Shown in pieces: positions 1 to 15,294 of a DNA stretch of 64,000 bases; position 1 is the first letter of the stretch; every line of letters begins with the position of its first letter. The translations under genes were made by a program, and so were the position numbers. The DNA comes from Eledone cirrhosa. Lineage: Eukaryota. Under the pieces are notes generated by a model. That model searched no databases, was not told the DNA's origin, and saw only the letters and a list, made by a program, of their open reading frames with translations. The stretch lies in contig OZ024756.1 of NCBI GenBank assembly GCA_964016885.1, positions 21,328,001 to 21,392,000 on the forward strand, in the 5' to 3' direction.

Positions 1-297
1 ATGGTTTCTATTTGAGGCACAAGGCCAGTCATTCTGGTAAAGGTGAAAGTCGATTAAAATGTCGTCGCTCACCCCAGCTACGAACGTAGTATAGAATGCA
101 GGGATGGGCGTTAATTCGGCTACAGTATCTGGTTGGTAGGGGACTATGAGTACTTGAGATTATTCCAGAAGCCTGACACGCAATCATGGTGTATGCTTCG
201 CCAAATAAACGGGCTGTTTAAAGTTCTGGTTAACAAACAGCGACTACATGTGCTCAATGTTTAGAAATCTCTGCCAATATTTCAGCCTAAGTGCAAG

Positions 298-941
298 CCT
301 ACAAATAATAATTGTTTCTTCTTTTGGCACAAGGCCAGCAATTACCCCAGTACATTACTGGTACTGTATTTTATCGACCCCGTAAGGATGAAAGGCAAAG
401 TTAACTTCGGCGGGATTTGAACTCAGACCGTAACGGGGCGTAACTCTATGCTACAAAGGATGGCGTCCGACCCTCTACCGATACTGCCAATTCACCGCGC
501 TTACAAATAATAATTATTTCTACTTTTGGCACAAGACCAGCAATTACCCAGTGGGGCTTTCTTTTATTGACCCCATAATGATGAAAGGTAAACAAATAAT
601 TGTTTCTACTTTAGGCACAAGGCCAGCAATTAACCAGTGCATTACTGGTACTGTAAACAAATACTAATGATTTCTACGATAGGCACAAAGCCAGCAATTT
701 GGAGAGAGGGGTTAAGTCGGTTAAATCGACCCCAGTGCATTACTGAAGGCAAAGATGAAAGGCAAAGCTAACCTCGGCGGGATTTGAACTCAGAACGCAA
801 AGGGCCGTAACACTATGTCGCGAAACATGGTGTCCGATGCTCTACCGATACTGCCAATCCACCACCCTTCAGGCATAGAAATAATAATTGTTTCTACTTT
901 ACTCACAAGGTCAGCAATTACCCAGTGCATTACTGGTACTT
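298..941 (-). mobile_element. Cluster of tRNA-derived SINE family A copies and fragments (octopus-type SINE)
   Basis: Near-full copies at ~311-500 and ~668-868, plus 3' fragments at 514-590, 598-655 and 884-941. They match the reverse complement of TGGCAGTATCGG (A box)...GAGTTCAAATCC (B box)...GGTCGATAAAATAAAGTACCAGTA...TTGTGCCAAAAGTAGAAACAATT. Confidence 0.85.
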
Positions 942-1829
942 TTGGAAGATTACAAAACGCCTGATCAGTGGAACGTGTCCATTTTACAAATAGCAAATGT
1001 ATAGACGTTCCAGTCTCATCAAATGTAGTTTGGGGAAAGATATCACGGAGAGAATAGAATGTGTAATGGAGTTGATGCAGGCATTAGCTACCCATATGTG
1101 TTCGATATTTCAGAAATCGTTTATTCTTAGTTCATGTCTAGTTGAGACTGCCTACCTTGCTAGTTATCTTATCCCAATCCCTATGTCCTTGGAGCATAGA
1201 TCGAGTCAGACCAGGAACGACGGAGGGACATCAGACACAGCTACTACTGACCAGCGTAGAATTTCGTCTCCATCTGATCGGGTTACAAAACCGACTGGCT
1301 TGTCTGGTTAATGAGTGTGTTCATATTACTGTCTCATATTACTTCAGTACCGTACTGATCTCATAAATACCAGACGTATCCAACAGCATGGCAGTAATGT
1401 CGTCGAAGCATGCCGATACGGTTCTCTCCCGTTCCACTTCAATTGTTATGCCCTTCTGCAGTTGTGGCTCAAGAAATAAAATTACAGAAACGATGAGAAG
1501 GAACATTCTTGATGAATCAAGCGTATGATTCGAATCGGTTTGGATATATGGCTATTTATAGTTGCTGGTTAGGTTGTTGTATATGATGTTGTTGTTGTTG
1601 CTATTGTTAGTTTCTGGTCCTGTTCTTGTCGTTTATGATGTTGTTGTTGTTGCTAGTGTTCTTTTTCGTTTCATTTGTTTGCACTTTTTTTTTTTTGCTG
1701 TGATTGTTGTACTTGTGTTTTTTTTCTTTCTGTTTTGATGGTGTTGGGTTGTAGCTTAGTGGTTTCTATTGCGTCACGTCAAAACTTCCGTGTTTTAAGT
1801 TTAAACGACAATTATTTATAACCCGCCCC

Positions 1830-2205
1830 CATTATCACCACCACCACCATTATCATCATCATCATCATCATCATCACCATCATCACCAACATCACCATCA
1901 TCACCACCATCACCACCATTACCACCACCACCATCACCAACATCATCACCCCCATCACTGCCACCATTACCACCACCTCCACCGTCACCACCATCATCAC
2001 CGCCACCACTACCACCATCACCATCATCAGCTCCATCACGGCCATCACCAACACCACCACCACAACCACCATCACCTCCATCACGGCCATCACCACCACC
2101 ATCACCATCATCACCACCATCATCACCATCACCACCATCACCACCACCACCACCACCATCACCACCACCATCACTACCACTCCACAACCATCACCATCAC
2201 CCCCA
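1830..2205. repeat. (CAC/CAT)n trinucleotide low-complexity tract
   Basis: Direct reading. Confidence 0.9.
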
Positions 2206-2609
2206 CAACGATGAAATCAGCATACTTGTCGTTTAAAGAAGAATGGAAAGATAGGTGGGAAAAGAAAGAGGCTAGAGGTATGTTTGCCCGAATGTCTTTG
2301 ACTATACCTCACATTTCAATCACGAATTTACTGGGGTTGCCCTTCATAGATTTAGTGTGGATGGTGGACTTAGCTGTTACTGCTGTGTTTAGTTGGAGCA
2401 TTGCTGCACTAGATGTTGTGCTGTTGATGTTGCTGTTGTTGATGTGGCTGTTGTTGATATTGCTGCTGCTGTTGTTGCTGATAATGCTGCTGCTGTTGTC
2501 GTGGTAGTTGCAGAGCTGGCAGCAAGGGTTTTTAAAGAAAATCTACAATTATCATTCAGAAGGGCTTCATATTCTCTTGTGGTTGGGCATACCATATGTG
2601 AAGTATACC

Positions 2610-2660
<51 letters not shown>

Positions 2661-3352
2661 AGAGAGACGGAAAGACTGAGAGACAGACAGACAGATAGAC
2701 AGACGGAATGACTGACAGACAGACACACACAGACAGACAGATAGACAGACGGAATGATAGACAGGCAGGCAGACAGACAGGCAGAGGCAGGTTTTGGATA
2801 TATCTATTTACGAATGACAAAACGGTAATGGCTAGAACCTTTTCTATCATTGATTCGCTGCTCAGGACTGACCTAGGGCTAAACAGCGATAACAAACTCA
2901 TCATAATACTCACAACAATTACATATTTTCGACCGGTTCTGTTGAAATGTATACTGTTTGTGTATATAGTTAAACAAGGTTTGTAACTGAAAACATACAT
3001 ACAGTGAAATAGGGGTAGATGTGACAGGGTGTGAGTCAGAGAGCCTGTTAGATTGATGTATACACACATATATATACATACATACATACATACATACATA
3101 CATACCTATTCCGAAACACGTACATGTCTAAATATATGTATATGTATAAATATATATATATATATATATAATATATATATATATATACAATCACAAGTAT
3201 ACGTGTATTAAGGACAGGACAACTTTTCATTTTTAATTTCTTTATATATATATACACACATATACATATGTATGAATGTATGTACATATGTGTGTGTGTA
3301 TGTATATATGTATATGTGTATGTATGTATATATGTATATATATACATATATA

Positions 3353-3407
<55 letters not shown>

Positions 3408-4550
3408 CTGCCATTCACCCAGCCATCCAGCCCTCATTGTTTACATTAAGTAAACCAGAGATAACAAGGCTGTCAATGGGAATAAGACAAAACGAGGCCG
3501 AAGCGCTGATGGGATTTGCTCCAGACTTCGAAACAGGTGTTTGACTATCTATTTATCGGTATGTCTCTTTGTCTTACTGTCTGTATGTCTTTGTTTCTCA
3601 CTGTCTGTCTTTGTATGTATACATGTTTATATCTGTCTTTATGTATGTTTATGATCTTTGTATGTTTTTTGTGGCTGTCTATATGGCTCTGTCTATGCGT
3701 ATATGTACGTCTGTATCTATACATGTATGTTTCATTTTCGTGTGTCTGTGTGTATGTCTGTATGTGTGTATGTTTATGTAGTTTTATGGGTAAGTGTGTT
3801 CGGATGTCTGTGTGTGTGTGTTTGTGTCTCTGTGTATTTTCTGTCTCTGTGGATGTGTTTGTATGTTCTTGTGTGTGTGTGTTTCTATCTGTGTGGAAGG
3901 GTGCAGGTGTCAGTATGTGTGTGTAGAGGCGGCAAATATTTCAAAGTGAACATCATGTTTTCATAATTAACGAACAAGATTTTAACATGCAAAAATAAAA
4001 AAAAATAAAAAAATGAACAAATAAATAAACGAAAAACAAAAGCAACAACATATAAGTGGATCAGCCATTAGACACCACCAATAACACCCTCCTCACCACC
4101 ACCTTATCACTTCATCTCTGCTATCATCCAGCCTTCCCTCACTATCTATCATACCAATCCCATGAGCCTCACTAACAAGAATACCACCACCAAGTACACC
4201 ACTAACACCACAAGGTCAACTACTAACAACACCACTAACACAACCAACAACACCAATATAAATGCTGCAACCTACCACGAGCATCACAACAAGAACACCA
4301 TCAACTCAACTCAACTACTAATAACACCACTAACACAACCAACAACACCAATAACAATGCTGCAAACAACAATAGGGATTTCTAATCTAGGCTTATAGCC
4401 AGTAAATTTGTGAGGGAAGGGGGGCAAAGTAGAATCAATAAATCCTAGTACTTGACTGCTCCTTAATTTCATCGTTAACCCTCAAGTGGGCAGAAAAGAG
4501 AATCATTTTCAATGGTCCACCATACCTCACTGATTATTTTGTATACTTCC

Positions 4551-5157
4551 ATCTGAGATTCAGTTTACAGGCAGTGCTGATCTGCGGAACGAATCTGAGA
4601 GTCACTTTGCAGTATTGATCTGTGGAAGGAATCTGAGATTCAATTTGTTGTGCTGATCAGTGGAAAGATTCTGATATTCAATTTGCTCTGTTGATCTGTG
4701 GAACGAATCTGAGATTCACTTTGCAGTGTTGATCTGTGGAACCAATCGGAGATTCACTTTGCAGTGTTGATCTGTGGAACCAATCGGAGATTCACTTTGC
4801 AGTGTTGATCTCTGGAACCAATCGGAGATTCACTTTGCAATGTTGATCTGTGGAACCAATTGGAGATTCACTTTGCAGTGTTGATCTGTGCAACCAATAG
4901 GATATTCACTTTGCAGTGTTGATCTCTGGAACCAATCGGAGATTCACTTTGCAGTGTTGATCTGTGGAACCAATTGGAGATTCACTTTGCAGTGTTGATC
5001 TGTGGAACGAATCGGAGATTCAATTTGCTGTGTTGATCCATGGAACGAATCATAGATTCACTTTGCAGTGTTGATCTGTGGAAGGAATCTGAGATTAACT
5101 TTGCAGTGTTGATCTGTGGAACGAATCTGAGATTCACTTTGCAGTGTTGATCTGTGA
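4551..5157. repeat. 38-bp minisatellite, ~16 copies
   Basis: Unit GATTCACTTTGCAGTGTTGATCTGTGGAACCAATCGGA, head-to-tail with no spacers, more diverged at the left end. Confidence 0.93.
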
Positions 5158-5629
5158 ACGAGGTCTAAGTTTTCTTTGAAGTAAACATAGAATCATAAAG
5201 GGTGTTAATGTTGTGTGGCTGTATGTTATTTTTTTAATTATTGTTTATGTATTGTATAGTGTTGTGTATTTGTCAGTAAAAGAAATAAGAGAGAAAAATA
5301 ATGACTGCTGGTCAATGGAAGAGTGCTCTTCAAGGTGCTGAATCTCAGGTGCATGTGGCCTCATGGTCACAATAAACAGAATAGAGATAATATTAGTCCA
5401 GGGGATAAAGTGGGAGACGCGTGGTAGTCTGGGATATAATGTGTGTCTGTAAAATAAATATGGGATGAAAATGACTGGAAGGCCTTTGGTTATAGGTGTA
5501 CACAATCTAGACAAAAATGAGGCTGATCAACAATAACAACAACAATTGTTGAAGCCAGGAACCAACGAGGTGTTGAATTTAATTTAATCACATTATATAG
5601 AATCTTGATCAAATGCCTTCTACTCTAGG

Positions 5630-5900
5630 TCAACTAATGCCTTGTGGATGAAAGAGGAAATTCGGTAGACGGAAACTGCTTGGACATCTGTTGTAGGAGC
5701 CGTCAATGTTTTGGAGTAATAAACTTAGTCCGTAATCCGGTTTAAAATCACTTGAAACCCACTTGAATACCTTTAGCCGCCTGCTCTTTGTTGCAGGCAC
5801 TGGGCACCATATTTTCCGCTCGAAGATAAAATTTCCTTCTTTTTCATCCATAAGTGTCAGGGATCCAGAAAAGATGGCAATGATTGCTGTCTTTCTGTCT
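5630..5900 (-). CDS. Putative terminal coding exon (~89 aa, DRKTAIIAIFSGSLTLMDEKEGNFIFERKIWCPVP...FHPQGIS*), product unknown
   Basis: Non-repetitive open frame ending in TGA at 5630-5632. On the minus strand it is preceded by a long polypyrimidine tract and AG (ttgtttttcttgttttcttg...tcatacctttctcag, AG at 5902-5901), a phase-2 acceptor. No family recognised. Confidence 0.45.
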
Positions 5901-6661
5901 CTGAGAAAGGTATGATGAAAAGATAGCAAGAAAAACAAGAAAACAAGAAAAACAACTATATGCAAATGCCAAAATATCTTTTTCACTACACCCACTGTCT
6001 CCCTAACCTCCTCCCTCTTTTTAAGGAATAAAAATTCGACTCTATCGTTTTGAGCCCACCTGTGTCAATATTAATCAAAACAGCAGCCAAAGGTATTTTA
6101 CAGACTTCTCAGGTTACAAAGACCAAATTCCTGGAATGTGAAACTAAAATAACTACAGAGACAACAACAACAGCAACAATCAACCAACCAAATAACCAAT
6201 TTAAATTAAATTAAAATAACAAAAGTATATTCTAGACTGTTTAGGGACAACTCATGCATATGGTGGTGAGGGAAATGGTGGGGTGGTGGTTAGGGAGCTA
6301 CGAGAGGGGGGGGGGGAATCACAATGGTGGTAGTTTTGGTGATAGTGTTTCTGGTGGTTGGAATGACGGCAATATTGTCGACGATGGTGGTTGTGATTGT
6401 GGTTGGCATGATGGTTGGGTTGGTGGTGTTGTTTAGGGTGGCGACTGGGGAAATTGTCATTGTAATGATGATGATGATGATGGTGGTTGTAGTGATAGAG
6501 GGGCGGGGGACTGTCTTATTGATAGTGCCGTGTTGATAGTGTCTGTGGAATTCTTTGTGACAGGATGGTTATAGCGGTCGTGATGACTGTGGTGGAGCGT
6601 CCCCAGTGGTATTTAAATTCAATATGAAGAATTGCGAACTTGGACGAAAAAAAAAAAATAA

Positions 6662-6953
<292 letters not shown>

Positions 6954-7115
6954 TATCGACTGTCGATATATATATATATATTTAGATTTCGTCTTTTCCA
7001 TTCTGTGGGTTTTTATAACTCCAACTATTGGGCTAATTTACTTTTTTACTATTTCACTATCTAATTTTCAAATTCTCGGCTGTTTGTAAACAAAGCTAAA
7101 GCTTTGTATCTTATA

Positions 7116-7164
<49 letters not shown>

Positions 7165-7551
7165 AACTAAATCGATCCTCAAGAAAATAACCGAATATAT
7201 AAACAACACAGCATGATTAACAACAGCAACAATAACAAAATAAGAAGCCGTAACGTATGTTTTCAATTTTACACTTCATAATTAATTTTTTAATTAGTAA
7301 CTAATTATACATGTGAAAACTTAGTAGACCCAATTTAAGAAAAACGATTATATATAAAACTGTAAAAAGACAAAAAAATAAATAAAATCTACGAATATTT
7401 TGGGATTTGATATAATTTGTTAAAATCTTAAAAATTTACCCCCAAAAAATCTTTATGGAATAATTATGCTAATTATTTAAGCCGAAAAAATAGTAGAAAG
7501 AAATTAAAGACTGCATCAAACACCAAATAGCTGCCATTAATAATAGTTCGA

Positions 7552-7745
7552 GGGCGGTGGATTGGCAGTATCGGTAGAGGGGCAGGTGCCATGCTTTGCA
7601 GCAAAGATTTACGGCCCTTTATGGTCTGAGTTCAAATCCCGCCGATGTCCACTTTGCCTTTCATCCTTACGGGGTCGATAAAATAAAGTACCAGTAATAC
7701 ACTGGAATAATTGCTGGCCTTGTACCAAAAGTAGAAACAATTAAT
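7552..7745 (+). mobile_element. SINE family A, full-length
   Basis: A box TGGCAGTATCGG, B box GAGTTCAAATCC, conserved body, 3' GTAGAAACAATT followed by (TAA)n. Confidence 0.9.
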
Positions 7746-7749
7746 AATA

Positions 7750-8045
7750 GTTTCTGATTTAGGCACATGGTCAAGTTTTTTTGAAGAGGAGAAATTCGAT
7801 TAAATCGACCCCCAGTACGTTACTGGTACTTCATTTTATCGACCCCCGTTAGTATGAAAGGCAAAGTTAACCTCGGCAGGATTTGAATATAATAATAATA
7901 ACGATTTCTACTATAGGCGGGATTTGAACTCAAACCATAAAGGGCCGTAACTCTGTGCTGCAAAACATGGTGTTCGATCCTCTACCGATACTGGCAATCC
8001 GTCGCCCTTAATTGTTTCTACTTTAGGCACCAGGCCAGCAATATA
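7750..8045 (-). mobile_element. SINE family A fragments, opposite orientation to the 7552 copy
   Basis: Reverse-complement body and head segments. Confidence 0.8.
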
Positions 8046-8224
8046 TAGTGAAAAGTTAGTGCCCGACGGTTGAGCTCAGCTGTTGGCTCTAACATATCAC
8101 TATACACACACTCTACTTTCCTAAGTAGCAAGTACTTTGCTGAAAATGGTCTTTCTAAACAGGTAACTGCCCCCCCCCCTCCGTCTCTCTCTCTCTCACA
8201 CACACAACGAAACAAACATCATCA

Positions 8225-8580
8225 CCAACATCATCATTTCCGACCATAGTCGAACATTCGTGACAAAGTCTGTCGCTCAACAATTCCTTATTTCCCATTG
8301 CTCCTGGTAACTTCTCTCTACTGAGATTTATATCGTCTTCGTGTTGATCGATGAAGGTTCCAGAAGGTCCTCCTCTATTGTGTCTTTAGTGTGTTGGTTC
8401 CTACTATAGTAGCTTGTGTATAACTTCCTGCTTTCTTCTTCAGCAATGTCCTGCAAATCGTAACCGTCTTTGACAATTGTAGTTGTTATCTTGGGAAAGT
8501 TTCTGTATAACCTTTGATTTGTAATAAGTTGACACTAGTTTATGTTTTGTACAACCCTAAGCATTTTGGAGTATGCACCA
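8225..8580 (-). mobile_element. RTE-type LINE 3' ORF remnant
   Basis: Translates with stops and a frameshift to GAYSKMLRVVQNIN*..ITNQRLYRNFPKITTT..RRLRFAGHC*RRKQEVIHKLL**EPTH*..RGGPSGTFIDQ, matching the RTE C-terminal 'RLRFAGH...RGRP' motif. Confidence 0.8.
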
Positions 8581-9029
8581 AAATAAAAAAATAAAAAAAA
8601 GATGCGTAATTAGTTTACCATTCTCATTATAAAGGCTTAGTTTGTGGAATTGGTTTCAGTTCGTTGGTTGTAAGATCGTTTGTCTTATGATCTGATTTAG
8701 TTAAAAATATTCTCTTAAAAAAAAAAAGAGTAACAAAAAACAGAACTTCTCGAATATAAGCCGACATAATGTGTGTCTTTTTTTTTTTGTTATCTCCGTT
8801 TCAATTTTCATTTCTCGTAGAACGTTATTTAATTATCTCGGTAATAAGACAATCTATTTTTTCTCCTGTTTCTGTTGTCTCACTTAATTCTTCTTTAAAA
8901 GAATCCAAGAAAATATTTATTGTTTAGAAACAAGATGAAGGAGAACAGAAATTGAAAAAAAATAATAAGTTGTGAAATATTTGAACAAAGACCAAACCCA
9001 CCCAACTCATAACATTTTGGGAATATTAC

Positions 9030-9119
9030 AGTAAAAGGAGAGAAACGGACCAGAAAATGCTGCGTTGTTTTTCAGTGATTAATTTGAAAGGGGTTTCAAA
9101 ATCAGTGTCGTTATATGGC
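9030..9119 (-). CDS. Possible 90-nt internal exon (xPYNDTDFETPFKLITEKQRSIFWSVSLLLx)
   Basis: Minus strand reads ctctttcaccAG acceptor, a single open frame, then a GTAATA donor. It is phase 2-2 and joins in frame with the 5630-5900 exon. Splice sites are only moderate. Confidence 0.22.
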
Positions 9120-9483
9120 CTGGTGAAAGAGCATAAACGTAAATTACCGTTATTCTTTATCCAATGTTTTTCCATCTCTCTCTCTATATATATACCATTA
9201 GATATGCCCAGGTAGACATATCCACTTTGCAAGATAGCATGACAAAGAATAAATACCGAAAACTAGGAAGACGTAATGCATTAATTTTATATAGATGTAT
9301 GTGTATATATATATATATATATAACAAAGTGGGTGTGGTAAGATACCAGATGGACCATAACGCACCAGAGTACTCAATACTTAGGGTGGTAGTGTAGGTA
9401 ATACAGCTAGATCAGAACGGATATAGCTGTCGAAACGGTCGGAGCTCAACCGTCGGGGTTCTGACTATTTTCCTATGTATATT

Positions 9484-9524
<41 letters not shown>

Positions 9525-10009
9525 CTGTGTGTGTGTGTGTGTGTGTATATGTACACACACAAAAACATGTGTATGTGTACCCGATATATTAAATTAGGAG
9601 GAAGATTACAGTTTTACAGTTTCGTGAGATATTTTTTTTTCAAGAGTATTGGAGTATTGGTTGCTATTAACGAGACGGAAGTAAAAACGAAAAGCCAAGG
9701 CAAAAAAAAAAAAAAAAAAAAAAAAAGACCCAAGCAAACGCAAAAATAGTCGTAAACAACGTGATACAGTTTCGTTTACCTCTCACCTTACCACATCTTG
9801 TTGAAGGGTGTTGGCTGAAAATGTTCCCCTCAGAAAATTAACTCACATTATCCTTGTTAATCTTTTATTATCACTTTCACTGAAAGTCATTTACTACCTG
9901 TCACAACGAAATATATCCTCACTCTTATCCTTTTCCTGTATTTTATTTTTGCTCCCTTTTTGTTTTTACAATTTTTTTTGTTATTTTTCTTTTTTTCTTT
10001 CTTTATGTG

Positions 10010-10079
<70 letters not shown>

Positions 10080-10255
10080 ACACATGTATATAAATGTATA
10101 TATATATATATATATTCAAACACATGTATATAAATGTATATATATATATATATATTCAAACATGTATATAAATGTGTATATATATATATATATTCAAACA
10201 CATGTATATAAATGTGTGTATATATATATATATATATTCAAACACATGTATATAA

Positions 10256-10287
<32 letters not shown>

Positions 10288-11043
10288 GCGTACACACGTG
10301 TGTTTGAATATATATTGTTTCTAATAATCAATCCGTTATTCTTTTAGGCATTATTTATTTATTTATTTTTCACTCAATCCTCCACCCACTACCCACCCAA
10401 CCAGTCTTTCTTACAATGAAGGAATTCTCATTAATACTTATTGTTTATAGACAACAAGCAAACAAGTCTAATTGGGAAAGAAATGTTTCCTTTTTTTTCT
10501 TAACAACAACAAAAAAAAAGACGATAGTGAAAAAGCACAAGATAATATAAAAAATTCCCGACGATGCGTGACTATTGTTTTGTTTTTAACGGAATGTTGG
10601 CTTGAAGGAACTATCATAACAAATCTGGAAACTCCTAACTCTAGCGCTGGCTATCTTCAATTATAATCTCAACAATTGTAAAGTGTTTCACATATTCTCT
10701 ATACTGTAACATCTGTGTGAGTGTTAGCACATATATCTATGTATATATATATATACATCTTATGCACATACATACATACATCATATACATACACTATATA
10801 CATACATCTTGTGCACAGACACATATGCATCCATCCATCCATGCATACATACATATATATTCATTATACAAACATACATACACGAACCTAAACAAATATA
10901 CATACATACACACTTAAAAACATGCATACATACATATATACATAAATGCATAGTTACATAAATACATATAGGAATACATACATACGTGCATACATGTATA
11001 TACATACATTTATTAGTGTATAAACATACACGCATGCCTACCC

Positions 11044-11096
<53 letters not shown>

Positions 11097-11241
11097 GTAT
11101 ATAATAAAGTGGGTATAATTTTCCCAGGGACACCTTCTGTATGAGGTACATATAAGTGCGAGCTTTGTACTCAATATAAATTTAGCGATCAATCAATGGA
11201 AATTACATTCGTAATGAAAATAGAAATCACTATTTTTAATC

Positions 11242-11390
11242 GTGGATGGCAGTATCGGTAGAGGGTCGGACGCCATGCTTTGACGCATAGAGTTACGTCC
11301 CTTGCCATTCTGAGTTCAAATCCCGCCGAGGTTAACTTTGCCTTTCATCCTTACGGGGTCGATAAAATAAATTACAAGTAGTGCACTAGG
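11242..11390 (+). mobile_element. SINE family A
   Basis: A/B boxes and conserved core. Confidence 0.85.
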
Positions 11391-11516
11391 AGATTTCTTC
11401 ATAGAAGCCTTATTCTTATAGCTTGGTCTTTTCGATTTTTTTTTATATGGTTAATTATGCTAATTGGGAGAGGAAATGGTATATATTTTATCTGGTGATT
11501 CTATAGACATGTTTTA

Positions 11517-11554
<38 letters not shown>

Positions 11555-11842
11555 CAGAAATAGCCGTCGAAACGGCTTGAGCTCAGCCGTCGGGGTCCTA
11601 CTCGTTCCTATATATATATATATATATATATATTTCGTGCCAATACAAGAGGCTGTTTGCATAATTGCAAACGAATCGAATACTATTATTAATATTTGAA
11701 AAACTCAGATTACATTTGTCTTCAGCTATGTACAGCGATAAACTATTTGTTATATACATATATATATATATATATATATAAATTTATATTTCGTTTCTGA
11801 ATTTGTTGGCAACATGACCCTCCCTAAGTATGACTATATATT

Positions 11843-11874
<32 letters not shown>

Positions 11875-12028
11875 TATATATATATATATTTATATATATA
11901 TATTTATATATACATATATATATATTTATATATAGTAATAATAATAAAATTGAAGACTAAAATCCAAAGAGGGCTCGATAAGGAAAATATATATCAAATA
12001 TATAGGAACCGTAGAGCAAATATATATT

Positions 12029-12122
12029 CATAGTGTCCCCCCAAAATGTATACACACTTCAATAGCTTTCTAATATTGCTTGTTCAGGTAATCAAAGAAT
12101 GTACACATTTTTGGTGACACCC

Positions 12123-12124
<2 letters not shown>
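12029..12124. mobile_element. Small Tc1/mariner-type MITE
   Basis: Imperfect TIRs CATAGTGTCCCCCCAAAATGTATAC / GTACACATTTTTGGTGACACCCTG. Confidence 0.55.
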
Positions 12125-12173
<49 letters not shown>

Positions 12174-12896
12174 ATGTATATATATGTGTGTGTGTATGTA
12201 TATATATGTGTGTGTGTGTGTATGTATATATATGTGTGTGTGTGTGTATGTATATATATGTGTGTATGTGTCTGTATGTATGTATATGTGTATGGGTGTG
12301 TGTATGTGTGTATATATGTGTATGGGTGTGTGTATGTATGTATGTATATATGTATATATGTATTAATGTATATATGTATATATATGTGTGTGTATATATG
12401 TATATATATGTGTGTGTATATATGTATATATATGTGTATGTGTATATATGTATATATATGTATATATGTATATATATGTGTGTGTCTGTATATATATATA
12501 TGCGTGTGTATGTATGTATATATATATATGTATATATATGCCTATGTATATATATGTATATATATGCCTATATATGTATATATATGCCTATATATGTATA
12601 TATATGCCTATGTATGTATATATATGCCTATGTATGCATGTATATATATGCCTATGTATGTATATATATATGCGTATGTATGTATATATATATGCGTATG
12701 TATGTATATATATATATGCGTGTGTATGTATGTATATATATATATTCGTGTGTATGTATGTATATATATATATGCGTGTGTATGTATATATATATGCGTG
12801 ATTTTGTATATATATATATATCTGTGTGTGTATGTATATATATATATATATATATATCTGTGTGTGTATGTATATATATATATATATATCTATATC

Positions 12897-12945
<49 letters not shown>

Positions 12946-13618
12946 GTGTGTGTATGTATATATATATCTCCGTGTGTGTGTATGTATATATACATAAACA
13001 TATGTGTATACATGTATGTATATATATATTCATATATATATATATATATATGTGTGCGTCTTATACACTCGGGCAAACGCGAAAATGGCAGCGTGACGTG
13101 AAATTGTGACCAACAACGCCACCTCGAAGTGTCACGAGATCTTGGCTAGCAATGATGCAGTAAAACAACTGCTAATAGTAATCCAATATGGCGATAAACT
13201 TGTTTGTTCCGTTCTAGATATCTCTACATCTATCTTTAGTTTATACACACATAGATAGATAAATATACATACTCACACACACAGGCACACACATACACAT
13301 ATACAGATATATATATGTATATATATATATATATGTATATATATATGTATATATATATGTGTGTATATAAGTATATATATATGTATATATATATATGCAT
13401 AGATAAGTATATATATATACATATATACATATGTATATATAAGTATGTATATATATATGTATATTTATATATGTATATATAAGTACATATATATACATAT
13501 ATATGCATATATATATATATGTATATATATATATGTATATATAAGTATATATATACATATGTATATATATATACACAGACATGTACACACACACATATAT
13601 ATATATATGTATATATGA

Positions 13619-13655
<37 letters not shown>

Positions 13656-13673
13656 TGTATATATACATACACA

Positions 13674-13719
<46 letters not shown>

Positions 13720-13870
13720 AGCATATATACACACACACAGACACACACACACTCACATATATATATATATATACATACACACTCAGACATTCTATATATA
13801 TATATATATAACATGTAGATAAATATATATATACATGTAGATATATATGCACACTAAACATACACAAATA
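12125..13870. repeat. Compound (AT)/(GT)/(AC) microsatellite arrays interrupted by a unique island at 13057-13235
   Basis: Direct reading. Confidence 0.9.
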
Positions 13871-14204
13871 TATGAGTACTTTCTATGACCTTTAACATTT
13901 TTGAGTGTCCATGTTAACAAAACCCAGGGAGTGAAATGAAAACAGTTTAAATATACGAGTGTAGATGTCATTTCTACTCCCAGTTGACTTTACGATCGAA
14001 TCATCTGCTAAGTGACAGCATATTATGGATCTATTAATCTTCTTTCAGACTTGTCATATTATTTGTACAGATGTATCTGAGCAGATATATAAAACTAACA
14101 AATACATACATAGGTAGCAGAGATTCAATCATATTTTACACTACTAAATATAAGTTGTAAAATGTTATATAAAAAACATACTATTGATACACATAAGCAT
14201 TTTA

Positions 14205-14304
<100 letters not shown>

Positions 14305-14447
14305 TTATAATAATACAAGGACGATTTGTTAAGCCTTCATTAATTTTATTGATTGGCGACGCGCGTTTCGCTATTGATCAGCTCAAGGTTCGATATGTAT
14401 CGATCTGGCCCGACTCTGGAATGAAATGCTCGTCGGACACGCGCTGG

Positions 14448-14494
<47 letters not shown>

Positions 14495-14580
14495 TATATA
14501 CTTAGACACATACACAAACATTTATGCATATAGATGCCACCCCATACACACATACACACACACACACACACACACATACA

Positions 14581-14620
<40 letters not shown>

Positions 14621-14803
14621 AAAGGAATCATCCGATTATATTTACAAATGCTCAGTACGTAAATAATACTATAAAAGTTATAAAAACAGAACAAAACTTT
14701 ATATTCAGATATGCATTGTACCGCATCATTATATGGTCACTTGTGTCCAATATATAGATTTTTGAAATATATATATATAGCTCTTTGGAAAGCCCTTTTA
14801 ATA

Positions 14804-14861
<58 letters not shown>

Positions 14862-15250
14862 TAGAAAGATCGAGTATCGAAAAATCGGCGCACGAGTTCA
14901 CGATAAACGAGATTCGACATGAGCGGCAGAGGGCTCAATAATTCAGATGAATCAGAGCTATAACTATCGTTAAAATACCGTCACATATAGAACAAGTCTA
15001 CAATCAACCATACGATTTAAAATCGATAGAGGAAGATTCGGGACAAACAGATAAAAAATATCAATAAAACAATACGTCAATAATTTAAATGAATGTATAT
15101 ATAGAAGGATTTAAATGGATACAGTTTAGTTAAAAGGAATTTTCAATAACAGTTACATAACTGTTTCAATAACAGTTACATAACCTGAAAACAGCTGCTA
15201 TCTACAAAGTATTAGTTATACAGACATTCAATATTTCAATGTTATTATCA

Positions 15251-15294
<44 letters not shown>

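Noticed and set aside
1812-2187. Gly/Asp-rich or Val/Met-rich ORFs
   Set aside because: Trinucleotide low-complexity tract open in multiple frames. Similar tracts occur at 54785-54960 and 60070-60230.
4551-5157. 38-bp repeat as a CRISPR array
   Set aside because: Units are head-to-tail with no unique spacers, there are no cas genes, and the context is eukaryotic.
7560-7645. tRNA genes at A-box/B-box pairs
   Set aside because: These are SINE heads. They lack a proper cloverleaf and continue into the conserved SINE body.
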